64,000 bases of DNA from Eledone cirrhosa (lineage: Eukaryota), in contig OZ024743.1 in the NCBI GenBank assembly GCA_964016885.1, positions 221,712,001-221,776,000 of the forward strand. The letters are read 5' to 3'. The notes beneath the pieces are model-generated. The model saw nothing but the letters and a program-made list of their open reading frames with translations. It searched no databases and had not been told where the DNA came from. Below are positions 17,052 to 31,232 of this stretch, in pieces (position 1 is the first letter of the stretch; every line of letters begins with the position of its first letter). A program made the position numbers and the translations under genes.

Positions 17052-17109
17052 TACTTCTATATATATTTCGATGATAGCCATTGAATGGCTATGACCTCAT
17101 CAGGCAGTT
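17052..17109 (-). ncRNA. Degenerate minimal hammerhead
   Basis: Minus strand: aactgc-CTGATGA-ggtc-atagccattcaatggctat-catc-GAAAT-atat-ATA-gaagta; stem I imperfect. Confidence 0.5.
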
Positions 17110-17162
17110 AGTCAGTTCTTAGATATGCCAGCTCTGTGTTTATAGTGTTGATGGTATCAACA

Positions 17163-17492
<330 letters not shown>

Positions 17493-17596
17493 ATTTGTAT
17501 ATTTTTACCTATCTCTCTAGCCATTTGTATATTTTCCTCTCTCTTTCGTTCTCATTTTTCACACTATTTGTTTATCCTCTCTCTCTCTCTCACCCC

Positions 17597-17628
<32 letters not shown>

Positions 17629-18968
17629 ATCTATCTACCTATCTATCTATTTATCTCTTCTAATATAAATTTGAAGATCATCCTCATCGCAACACACGAC
17701 AATAACAACAACAACAACAACATCGTGTAAAGTACCATTTATACGATCGCTTCTTTTCAAGAACGCTTATGAATGTAGGTAGGCTAAATTAGAGCCGACC
17801 TGGAGTTAAACCACAACAATAACAATGTACCACATAGAGCCTCTAAATAGTCGCTCAATATGTTAAAAATAGCATCCAAATGTCCATAAAATCACATCAT
17901 TCAGTCTTGATCAGTTATGCTCATAGATCTGGGAATAAGACGGAATCGTGAGGCTTGGAATAGTTTTGATCGTAGCTCTTAGCATAAGGTGTAATCTTCA
18001 GAGATGGAACGCCAATGATCACTGATCTGCTCAATTAGGACTGCAACAGCCCTAGAATGGAATGCACCTACATCGATTTCTATACTCTACCATGAAAAGA
18101 AGAGGGAAAGAAGCAATAGGTAATCGAATTGGGGCATGATAAATGACGGGATAATCACGGCCGGAACGCCTTTGGTCATTTGTCTACTCCATCATGACCT
18201 TCCGGGAGCTAAACAACAACAGCAACAACAAACTCTTTAAAAATATATCGTTGGTCTCTTTTTTATCCAGATTACACAGATCGACCAGATTCGCAATTAC
18301 AAGACGTAAGCGAAGTGAAGTAAAATTTGCTGAATGAAGAATTGAAACTGTGTAGCAGATTTAACTGAGCTCACAGAATAGCAACAATCGCATAATGTTA
18401 TCGGGCGTTAAATGAATATTATTGATTTTTAAATGTATCAAGTAAATGATAAGGTTGCTTGGGGCTTTTCTTTTTTATAAAATACATGTTTATGGCGTAA
18501 AATATGTTTATAATAGTGAAATATATATCCTTATAAATATATTTCGTATCATTTTTTATAAATATATATTTAAAATGTAGGAATATGTGATTATAATAGT
18601 GAAATAGATGTGTTTCCATAATGAGAAATAAGGCTTTTATAAAAAATATGTTTGTAAATATATGATTATAATGTACAGAAAAAAATCTGTATATATATAC
18701 ATATTTTATATATATATATATATAATTTTTATTTTATATTATGATAGAAATACACTATCTTTTACTTTTCTCGCATTACGATACAGGATTCCCAAACTAG
18801 ATATAATATCACCAGATAAGAGAGGAGGGGTATATACCTATATACATATATATATACATATATAGATATATATACATATAGATATCTATACATATATATA
18901 CACATATATACATATATATATACATATATACATATATACATATATATATATCTATATGCATATATATG

Positions 18969-19041
<73 letters not shown>

Positions 19042-19567
19042 TGGAAGTGGTTGGGAGGAGGAGGGGGGAGATCGAAAGAGATATCGATAAATACACACGT
19101 ATTGATATAATATTACTTAATATGTATGTATATAGTATTAACAAAAAAATATCGTATCAACTATAACAGTGTCGATATAATAACAAGAGAAAAGTGAATT
19201 CAATAATAGCAGCCTTAAAATATATTATATTTAATCAATATCCTTTCAATCTTGTTCTAAACCATTTCATCGATTTTGTAGAAATGCATTTGGTGAAGGA
19301 AGTGTGTGTGTGTGTGGGGGGGGGGGGGGGCTATTTTATTTTATTTTTATTTTTTACGTATTATTATTGTTTGTATGTGTTATTTGAATTTTGGTTGTTA
19401 ATATTTTGTTTATAATTGTTGTAATTTATTTTTTGCTTATTTATTTTTTGCTGCTGCTACTGTTGTTGCTGTTGTTGTTGTTGGTGCTGTTAATGTTTTG
19501 TTTGTTATTTTTTAAATATTTTTCGTCTTAGTGCTTTTACTTTGAAATGAAAAATGCTATAAGAATA

Positions 19568-19752
19568 ATAATTGTTTCTACTTTTTGGCACAAGGCCAGT
19601 AATTATCCCAGTGTATTACTGGTACTTTATTTTATCGACCCCGTAAGGATGAAAGGCAAAGTTAACCTCGGCGGGATTTGAACTCAGTCCGTAAAGGGAC
19701 GTAACTGTGCTGCAAAGCATGGCGTCCGACCCTCTACCGATACTGCCAATGC
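19568..19752 (-). mobile_element. OK-like tRNA SINE
   Basis: Near-identical to 63381-63563. Confidence 0.85.
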
Positions 19753-19959
19753 ACCAATAATAATGATGATAATAATGGTAATGATATTAATATTATTAAT
19801 GATACTAACACACTAGCACCACTACTACTACTAATACTACTACTACTACTTATATTAGTAATTCTGCTGCTGCTGCTGCTGCTACAACTAATAATAATTG
19901 TTTCTACTTTAGGCACAAGGCCAGCAATTACCCAGTGCATTACTGGTAATAATATGATG

Positions 19960-20315
<356 letters not shown>

Positions 20316-20811
20316 TTGGTAATGATGATGATGATATGTTGATGATAAAAACATCAACAACAACATTAATAATAATAGAACCAACGAAAATAAGGAGAAG
20401 GGAAGGGTACGGGGGGGGGGTGAGGGTGTGAGGAGGGGGGAAAGAAAGAGTAGGATGGTGAGAATGATGGTAATGATAACGAAAAAGCTTCTTTTTTTAT
20501 ATTAAAAGTGAAAAATGAAAACAATAAGTTTTGTATTTTAGAAAAGTTGAAAAGCAAGTATTATCCTGATATTGATTATTTTGGTTGTCTTTTCCATTTC
20601 TTTCAGTTAAATGCCACTGAATGGAAGCAGAGAAACTGTTGTAATTTTTCATTGGTAGAATCAGAGGAACAATGGTATACATATCGTATTGGAGAGTGTT
20701 TGTATTGTTGTAAAATGTTAATGTGTAGCAGTATATATACATATATATATATATGTTGATTTAAAACTTCACTATTCACAAGTGTTTTTTAACCTTCATA
20801 TCATGTATCCC

Positions 20812-20882
20812 TATTTTATCTGATGAAAACGCAGATATCATCTCATGATGATATTTGTTTTTGAAATGCGCATAATAAAATA
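20812..20882 (+). ncRNA. Minimal type I hammerhead ribozyme within a ~250-bp TA-embedded element (20756-21006)
   Basis: tattttat-CTGATGA-long stem II (cagatatcatc/gatgatatttg)-GAAAT-gcgc-ATA-ataaaata; 8-bp stem I, palindromic loop III. Confidence 0.88.
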
Positions 20883-21003
20883 CTTGGAACTCTTTTAACC
20901 ATCTTTTGATCTTATATTATTTATACTCCAGTCCTACAAACTGTAGAGTGCTACTTATCCGATATTTGCATTGCTTTATTGTGCTACAATGAAACTCACC
21001 TCC

Positions 21004-21058
<55 letters not shown>

Positions 21059-21177
21059 GTATATATATATATATATGTATGTATATACATATATGTATAT
21101 ATATATACATATATATATGTATGTATATACATATATGTATATATATATACATATATATATGTATGTATATTACATAT

Positions 21178-21256
<79 letters not shown>

Positions 21257-21283
21257 CGTGTGTATATATATATATATGTGTAT

Positions 21284-21446
21284 ACTCATTTCATTAGGGC
21301 TAAATAGTGCGTCTTTTTACTCAGGAATTTATCTGGTGGCGCTGTGAGAAGCAGGCGAAACTCCAGTGTAACAACACTCACTATTTAGCCTTAATATAAT
21401 GAATATTTAAACTATACTGCAGTATTAAGTACTCTTTTCCTTCTGA
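21284..21446 (+). mobile_element. Fold-back mini-element family C
   Basis: ggctaaatagtg...cactatttagcc arms; gcaggcgaaactccagtgtaacaa shared with 26446-26652 and 46224-46370. Confidence 0.7.
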
Positions 21447-21944
21447 TATATATATATATGTAAGTGTGTGTATCTGCATATGTGTGTATATGTGTGTATA
21501 TGAGTGTATATGTATGTATGAATATATATATATATATGTGTGTGTGTGTGTTTATATAATATGAAATCGCATGGTAAGCCTTTCAATAAAAAACATTTTA
21601 AAGTCGATCTGAAAAGTAAATTCATTAGTTACAGCACAGGATTTATGCTTGTCTCGACACAAAATCTAATTCAGCAAGTATAAACCAAACTAAAACGGCA
21701 AATGGAAGATTATTGAAAGGTCAAAGTTCTAGAAAAATAGAAATAAAAGATAAGGGTTTTGCACAGGAAGGAAAATACCCATACAGAGAAATCTGCATAA
21801 CCTATAATATTTGAATACCAGAACTGAAATTTTCGGAAAGTGTGAGCATTGAGAGAAGCATCTGCTCTGTAACCGGGTTATATCACATTTATATGACTAC
21901 CGCATATACACACGCGTGTGTGTGTATAACAGTGCACTTTGATG

Positions 21945-21991
<47 letters not shown>

Positions 21992-22385
21992 CAATCATAC
22001 GCACATATATTTATGTATAAGTAAGTATATATATCTGTGCAAGTGTGTGTGTGGTAGTGATAATTGTTTCCAAAGGCCACAACAGGCCATAAATGCTTCG
22101 TATTTTGATAGCTTGCTAAGGTTAGGAGAGATGAATGTCTCCCTGGGTAGGAAAGAGACCAATTTATCCTAGTCTGAGTTACAATTCTCAGAAGATCACA
22201 CAATTCTATGTAATATGACAGCTTAGATGAAGTGAACTATGTAAAAATATGTTCTGCCTAAAGGCAGCTGTCACTCACCTCCCTATAACATTTCGTTATA
22301 CACTCGCTATATCGTTATAAGTGTAACCATCTATCTATTTAACTTTATCTATCTGTTTGTCTTCTGTGCACGTTTGTGTGCCTCG

Positions 22386-22478
<93 letters not shown>

Positions 22479-23590
22479 GATAGATATAGATAGATTCTTT
22501 TGCACTTTCATTCAACTGATGAAGCAGACCTTTGACATAAGGCACCTGCGACCACCTACATTTTTTTTATTCAGGCATAGTTTGTCTAAGATGACACGAT
22601 CCACTATACTCTTCCCTTTTGTTTTAAGACGATAGGTTGTGATTGGAGAGAGACTTTACTGCCAATTCTGGGAGGTCGTAAGCTGGAAAATATAACGACT
22701 TTCTTGTCTACTCGGAAGCTGTGAGCTCTGACCGGATAGTTCTATAATCAAAGTCTTTCATCAGTTAATTACTATTAAGAAATAGTTGATTGTTATCGCT
22801 AAATAATTACTTGGAAGACATGATTAATTGCCACAAAGAAACGGTCAATTGCTGCTAATAGTTAAAACTAATTCTACCAATAATTGTCTATTTCTACCAA
22901 ATGTTGATTATTTACTAACCACTTTTATTCAAACAGAGTCTCCGATGGACCCTAGCCCCACTGCAGTTGGTTCGTTACTGACATGAAATTGTTAATTGCC
23001 ACCAATAATTCATTAATTATTACCAAAGGATATTAACCAGAAAATATGGCCAATGTTTTTAAAATTTTTTCCCAAAGCTGTGCACGAACTGTAGTAAAAT
23101 TCTTCTATTTTGTTAAGAATACATACAACAAAACATTCTAAAACAATACCAACAAATATAGTTAATAAAATTCAATTCAATTCATGCGAATTCAATTCGA
23201 CTTAATTCAGTTCGGTTCAATGCAATTAATTCTTATTGTAATTTTTACAAAACTGCAACGAAAATGTAAAATGGTCCTAAAAAGAAGCCATGCTTTGTTA
23301 GGTTTTATTGTCCCTTATATTTCAACTTCCATGGAAATCTAAAACCCTCTTTGCTAATTGCTGTGTATCACTGTATATCTCGAATTAATGCTACCTCTGT
23401 TGTAGCTATGTCAAATATTCTATAAGCTATTTACAGCGTATCCGCATCTTGTGCATTTTTAAACAGTGCTATTTTAAACATACGCATTCGACATTTATTA
23501 AATCTGTAAAACACTTAACGTTCTGTTACACACGAAATCATATCACCTAATGTAAACGGAAGAACTCCTTCAAAATATCGACACGCATAG

Positions 23591-23651
<61 letters not shown>

Positions 23652-23680
23652 GATTTTCGAAACTCTGCTTCGTAGAATCG

Positions 23681-23777
23681 AGACATATCTGAGGATCTTA
23701 CGATTTCAGAGTCAGATTTGATAATTGCATCGATCGGGCCTGGAGCTGGTCGCCAGAGAAACGATTGTAATATGTCT
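23681..23777 (+). ncRNA. Type I hammerhead with extended stem II (family D element 23648-23822)
   Basis: agacatat-CTGAGGA-(~60 nt)-GAAAC-gatt-GTA-atatgtct; perfect 8-bp stem I. Confidence 0.8.
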
Positions 23778-23819
23778 AATAAATCTTATTCGTCGCACCA
23801 CCGATTCTCCGTTTCTTAT

Positions 23820-23906
<87 letters not shown>

Positions 23907-23912
<6 letters not shown>

Positions 23913-24245
23913 ATAGAGGTGTATAGGAATAAGTATAAATTAGTAATAAGTATTGGTTAGTATTCAGTTTTAGTTTTAAGTTTTTGCCGGTTGCGCATTT
24001 CTAATGCTTTTCAAAAATAATTTTGAGATAGAGCACTCGTGATGTTTGGTCTAATCAGATTAGAGCAAACATCACGAGTGCTCTATCTCAAAATTATTTT
24101 TGAAAAGCATTAGAAATGCGCAACCGGTAAAAACTTAAAACTAAAACTGAATACTAACCAATACTTATTACTAATTTATACTTATTCCTAATTAAACTAT
24201 TTTTCACTGGGAAAAATTGTCAGCATTTTCTTTTCCTTTTACTAA
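23907..24245 (+). mobile_element. 267-bp near-perfect palindromic element with tail in (TA)n
   Basis: Arms 23924-24056 and 24058-24190 with about 2 mismatches; unique tail 24191-24245. Confidence 0.8.
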
Positions 24246-24253
24246 TATATATA

Positions 24254-24340
<87 letters not shown>

Positions 24341-24342
24341 CA

Positions 24343-24381
<39 letters not shown>

Positions 24382-24408
24382 GCATATATATATATATATA
24401 TATATATA

Positions 24409-24526
<118 letters not shown>

Positions 24527-25139
24527 ACAATAATAAGGATGTTATGTCTAAAGAAATTACAGGTAATATGGCACTTTTAGTGCCATATTACCTGTAAGGA
24601 AAGCTTTAAGAAATGTTCTAAGGAATAAATCCGAGCATTCATTATAAAATTTTTAAATGATTGACAAATGTATAAAAATATCTAAGATAAATTGTAAAAG
24701 GAATAAGAACATATATCCAATTCTAAAAGGCAGCATATTTAAATTATATTTATACTTTCGGGTATGCCTGAGTCGATATTCATTCATTTTTTTTTTTCTT
24801 TAAATTTTTACTGAAATTTTAATATGGAAGATAAACTGAAACATAAACCCAAACGGAAATATTTCTCTTCAGTTTTTTCGATTATAGAAAACATTTTTCT
24901 AGAGATTTAATGGAAAAACTGAAATGGAAATTCTTCGTTTTCTGGATCTAAATCGTTGGCTCACACATACAATGGCTCAAAGTCATGCCATTTATTCTGC
25001 TTGGTGTCAAATATAGAGATTTCCACGATACCACGATTGATTCCACTTGGTCGGTTATAAAATAATTTATCACATACAATATTATATGTTACGATGTTAA
25101 ACAGAGCAGAAGCACAAACACACACACCCGCACACAAAC

Positions 25140-25266
<127 letters not shown>

Positions 25267-25397
25267 TGTGTGCGTGTATGTATGTATATGTGTATATATA
25301 TATATATATATGTGTACATATGTATATACATAAATATATATATATACACTTGAATATATAAATAAATATATATAAATAAATGTGTATATATATATAA

Positions 25398-25439
<42 letters not shown>

Positions 25440-25498
25440 ATAATAATAAATTTGAAGACTAAAAATGCATATATATACGCATATACATATATATGTAC

Positions 25499-25537
<39 letters not shown>

Positions 25538-25915
25538 CATACATACATTCAAGTATATGTCTATATCCATTTCAACGTTCCTCTACGACTATTCTGCCAA
25601 CTTATGTCCCTACTGACAACTTAGATTTGATTAAATGTTATTTCTATTCCTTACTATTATTCAACAAACCATCCGCCAGACGTCAGCACCAACACTACCA
25701 CCTTTGTTATGATGATCAACATTACAAGTCCAATACGTACACATACACAAATGTGCATGCGTTTATATACAAACACACATATGAAATAATCTGTCACCTG
25801 CAGCCGCAATGTTTATCATACCTGAAGTATATACACATATGTATGTATGTATATATATATGTGTGTGTGTGTGTGTTTGTGTGCGTGTGTGTATATCTAT
25901 ATATATGTATGTATA

Positions 25916-25978
<63 letters not shown>

Positions 25979-26202
25979 CATTCATTTGATTTATTGATTT
26001 ATTGATTTTTTATCTGAGTGTCCCGAATCTTCCAGATCGCAATTTTTCGGTCGTACGGTTGATTATAGACTTGTTCTATGTGTGACGGTATTTTAACGAT
26101 AGTTATAGTTCTGATTTACCTAAATTATTGAGCCCTCTGCCGCTCATATCGAATTTTGTTTATCGTGAACTCGTGCGCCGATTTTTCGATACTCGATTAT
26201 TC

Positions 26203-26253
<51 letters not shown>

Positions 26254-26281
26254 TATATATATGTATATACATATATATGAA

Positions 26282-26313
<32 letters not shown>

Positions 26314-26341
26314 CATACATATACATATATATACATATATA

Positions 26342-26411
<70 letters not shown>

Positions 26412-26445
26412 TACATACATACATATATATATATATATGTATATA

Positions 26446-26652
26446 TTCATGTTACTAAGGCTAAACAAAGAGGCTTGTTACTGTGGGGTTTCGCCCTGCT
26501 TCTTACAGGATCATCAGGCAAGAATTGATGTATGTATGTTCTTCACTGGCTACCCTGTGAAAAACAGGCGAAACCCCAGTGTAACAAGTCTCACTATTTA
26601 ACCTTCAGTATTCACTACTCTTTTCTCTCAGCCGTCAACTACATACGGATTT
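26446..26652 (+). mobile_element. Fold-back mini-element family C, with a complete hammerhead core on its inverted arm (26474-26522, minus)
   Basis: Minus strand: cttgc-CTGATGA-tcctg..caggg-c-GAAAC-cccaca-GTA-acaag. Confidence 0.72.
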
Positions 26653-27884
26653 ATATATAAGAAAGTATAAACCCGACCGCTAGGTGTCACATTTGGATGT
26701 ATATCTTATTTTATACCCACGCTTCCCCTTCCCACGCATAGGGTACTTCTCTGATTTGCGGTCTACCCGGATTCGGGACCGCAAACTTTATGTGTGTGTG
26801 GGGGGGGGTGCGCGTGCGTGTGTGCGTGTGTGTGCGTGTGTGTGTGTGCGTGCTTGTGTCAAACCATCGGTCAAACGTCCAGCCCACCGCCGCCGCCCTC
26901 ATCGACCTTGTTATTGTTATTTCTATCACATTCACCATCATTACTTTAACAGCAACACCATTTATCCTCACCGCCACTACTGCAATCATCTCAACTACCT
27001 CAATCTTAATCATTAACTATTGCCTATATATAGATATATATAGTATATATATAAATGAAAATAGAGAAATTAATGTGAGCAAGAATCCAACAGTATTTCA
27101 TAATACAAGAGCCCATCATCTCTGTACAGTCCCCCTCCAAGAGCAGGATATATATATATATACTGGATGTGTGTGTGTCTGTATCGATATATTCGATCAG
27201 CAAAAGCCTATCAGTAGTTGCAATCACTAAAGGCTGCCAATAGTTCACTCTTATCAGTAATCCAATCAATGAAACCTTGTCAAAATTAACCGTGTAGAAC
27301 TTGATGTCACTCCAGGGATATATCTTTCTGATCAAGTAAATTCCAGAAAATGCCAAGCCCCACCACCACTACCACGTTACCTTGTCTCACCGCCACGACT
27401 AGATTACCGCGACTCACTACAACCGCCACCACCCAGCACAACCATTACCACTAACACCACGATCATTACTACTGCCATCACTATCAAAACCAGCTACCAC
27501 ACCACAGCCATCACTACCACAACACTACCACTATTACCACCACTACCACCATCACTACTATTGCTTTGACTATTAAAACCAACCCACCACACAACAGCCC
27601 TCACCACTACAATCACCACTACCACTACACGACAACTATGGTAATAGTAACATTACCACCACCATCACTACTACTAACGTCACTATCAAAACCACCCACC
27701 CTTCCACACAGCCCTCACCACTACAATCACTACTACCACCACCACTACGACCACCATATTACCTCAACTCATTACAGCCACCACCTCACTCCATCCTCAC
27801 CATTTCCACACCACACTACAACCATTTCCACTACCACCACCGTCATTATCACAATCACTATCAAAACCACCTACCACACCACAG

Positions 27885-28855
27885 CCATCACCACCACTAT
27901 TATCACCATCACTATCATCACCACCACTATTATCACCACCACTATTATCACCATCACTATTATCACGACCACTATCATCACCACCACTATTATCACCATC
28001 ACTATTATCACCACCACTATTATCACCACCACTATCATCAACACCACTATCATCACCACCACTATTATCACCATCACTATCATCACCACCACTATTATCA
28101 CCATCACTATTATCACCACCACTATCATCAACACCACTATCATCACCACCACTATTATCACCATCACTATTATCACCACCACTATTATCACCACCACTAT
28201 TATCACCATCACTATTATCACTATCACTATTATCACCATCACTATTATCACTATCACTATTATCACCATCACTATTATCACCACCACTATTATCACCACC
28301 ACTATTATCACCATCACTATTATCACCACCACTATTATCACCACCACTATTATCACCACCACTATTATCACCACCACTATTATCACCACCACTATTATCA
28401 CCATCACTATTATCACCACCACTATCATCAACACCACTATCATCACCACCACTATTATCACCATCACTATTATCACCACCACTATTATCACCACCACTAT
28501 TATCACCATCACTATTATCACTATCACTATTATCACCATCACTATTATCACTATCACTATTATCACCACCACTATTATCACCACCACTATTATCACCACC
28601 ACTATTATCACCATCACTATTATCACCACCACTATTATCACCACCACTATTATCACCACCACTATTATCACCACCACTATTATCACCATCACTATTATCA
28701 CCATCACTATTATCACCATCACTATTATCACCACCACTATCATCAACACCACTATCATCACCACCACTATTATCACCATCACTATTATCACCACCACTAT
28801 TATCACCACCACTATTATCACCACCATTATTATCACCACCACTATTATCACCATC
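27885..28855. repeat. 15-bp minisatellite (ccaccactattatca)
   Basis: About 64 tandem units. Confidence 0.95.
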
Positions 28856-29110
28856 ACAACCACCATCACTATAATAACCATCACTATAACTATCTGCTGT
28901 TCTAGCCGTCATCGATGTCCTATCATACAAAGATCCAGTTATATATGATTATAGATTTTATTTACCGATCGCTGATGGATGCCACTTTCGCATTTACTCT
29001 TCACGCTTAACAATTCCGTAAAAGTAATATTACAGTAATAATGATAATAATAATAATAATCGCACTTATCCATGATTATATCGTATCGTATATGTGTGCT
29101 TATATGTAGA

Positions 29111-29187
<77 letters not shown>

Positions 29188-29282
29188 ATATGTGTGTGTG
29201 TGTATATGTATGTGTGTATATACATATATATGAGTGCATGTATGCATATATATATTTATATATATATATATATGTATATATA

Positions 29283-29357
<75 letters not shown>

Positions 29358-29432
29358 ATATGTGTGTGTGTGTGTGTGTATATGTATGTGTGTATATACA
29401 TATATATGAGTGCATGTATGCATATATATATT

Positions 29433-29463
<31 letters not shown>

Positions 29464-30309
29464 ATATAGAGAGAGATAATATATCATGGATATGATTGGT
29501 TTTATGTGTGTGTGTGTGTGTGTGTGGCCGTGTGCGTTTGTATGTGCATCCATACATACTTATACACATACACACAAGGGCGTAACATGTACATGCATTA
29601 CATACACCCAGCTTCCATCAATACTATATCGTAAAGAAACGGCAGCAGCAGCATAGAGAGCCATCGACAACAACACAAAAGGAAAATGAAAGAATCTGAA
29701 TCCAGCTCTTGAATGAATCCAACTCACGCTCACTATAAAGGTTAGACTGTAATCAAATCTCGGCTCTGCAAAAGAATGAGATATTATCTAGCGCCCGTCC
29801 ATTTTCTCTCCTTCAGCACAACAATACTAGGAGGGATTTAACTCACACTTGACCTGTCTCAACACTCTTACCACCAACGCCATTGCCACTACTTAACAAG
29901 AACGACTTCAACAACACAGCTTTTGTCATTTACATAAACCGCTACACGAGAAGAAACGGAAACGTAGCTAGCTAGCTTTTCTTTCGGGGAACTGAAGAGT
30001 CGTGGTTTTCTTTTCTTTTCTACTTTGATGTATATTACATGCTCTTGCATCGGAGTTTTAGCTCTATAGTGTTGTTAAACAGTAGAAAGGAAAATAGGAT
30101 TAATCTTGAAATAATTCCACAGTGTAAGACACAGTGTATTTGACGTGGTGGGTTGTTATTGTGACAATGTCCAAGCGAAGTCATTAGAAGGACAAACGAT
30201 GGAGTAAGATTATGTGAAAACACAAGTATGTTCTTTAGTCAACTGTACATGCATGTGTGGGTACACCACGAACCCGTACATAGGCTCACACACACACATT
30301 ATATACATA

Positions 30310-30518
30310 GGCTATCGGTAGAGGGTCGGACGCCATGCTTCGCAGCATAGAGCCACGGCCCTTTATGATCTGAGTTCAAATCCCGCCGAGGTTAACTTTG
30401 CCTTTCATCCTTATAGGGTCGATAAAATAAAGTACCAGTCACGCACTGGGGTCGATTAAATCGGCTTCCACCTCCTCCAAAAATTGCTGGCCTTGTGCCT
30501 ATATAAGAAACCATTATC
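30310..30518 (+). mobile_element. OK-like tRNA SINE
   Basis: B-box and Meta-like core gcctttcatcctta..gggtcgataaaataaagtacc. Confidence 0.85.
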
Positions 30519-30552
30519 ATTATCAAATTCGATACTACAACGAAGACATAAC

Positions 30553-30655
30553 ACGGAGAAGTCCTGTAGAAGCCATTTCTATATTAAACATGATGTTTAC
30601 AATCTACGTGTACCTTACTAACTGTGGTTAGCCCCGATAGAACCCGGTACTCATA
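30553..30655 (+). mobile_element. Family E mini-element fragment
   Basis: agaagtcctgtagaagccatttctatattaaa...ctgtggtta matches 45752-45845. Confidence 0.6.
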
Positions 30656-30679
30656 GACACGCAGACACACAGACACACA

Positions 30680-30785
<106 letters not shown>

Positions 30786-30815
30786 TGTGTGTGTATGTGG
30801 GTAGCACGATGAATT

Positions 30816-30908
30816 ACTGTAGTCTGAGGAGCAACTCGATAGTGGAGTCGAGTCCATAACTCCTCTAGGTTACCTTGAAACAATCCTCTGCGAAACGCGA
30901 GTAACAGG
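30816..30908 (+). ncRNA. Hammerhead-like motif with long loop II
   Basis: ctgtagt-CTGAGGA-gca...tgc-GAAAC-gcga-GTA-acag; stem I imperfect. Confidence 0.6.
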
Positions 30909-30965
30909 TCGATACAAAATAAATATATTTTATAAGTAAACGAAACTTCCTCGTTTTTTTCTATT

Positions 30966-31001
<36 letters not shown>

Positions 31002-31232
31002 ATTTCTATTTATTTGCCACGAGGGCACAAAAGAAGGGGACATTTACACAGTGGGGGAGTTTACATAAATCGAGTAAAGAAAAAAGGAATAACAATAATA
31101 ATATAACAATAAAAAGTCCTCAAAAGGGAGGGGGCGTGTTGGGGTTTGCACATACCCCCGAAAAGTGTGCAACTCTTTTCGCGGGGGAAGGCCAGAGAGG
31201 AGGCGCTCCCCCTTTCCTCTTCACTTCTTCAC

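Noticed and set aside
22526-22561. CTGATGA-agcag...ctgc-GA hammerhead start
   Set aside because: GAAA and stem III are missing (truncated by another repeat); remnant at best
27566-28948. Long TTII / DNSGG repeat ORFs
   Set aside because: Product of a 15-bp minisatellite that lacks stops in several frames
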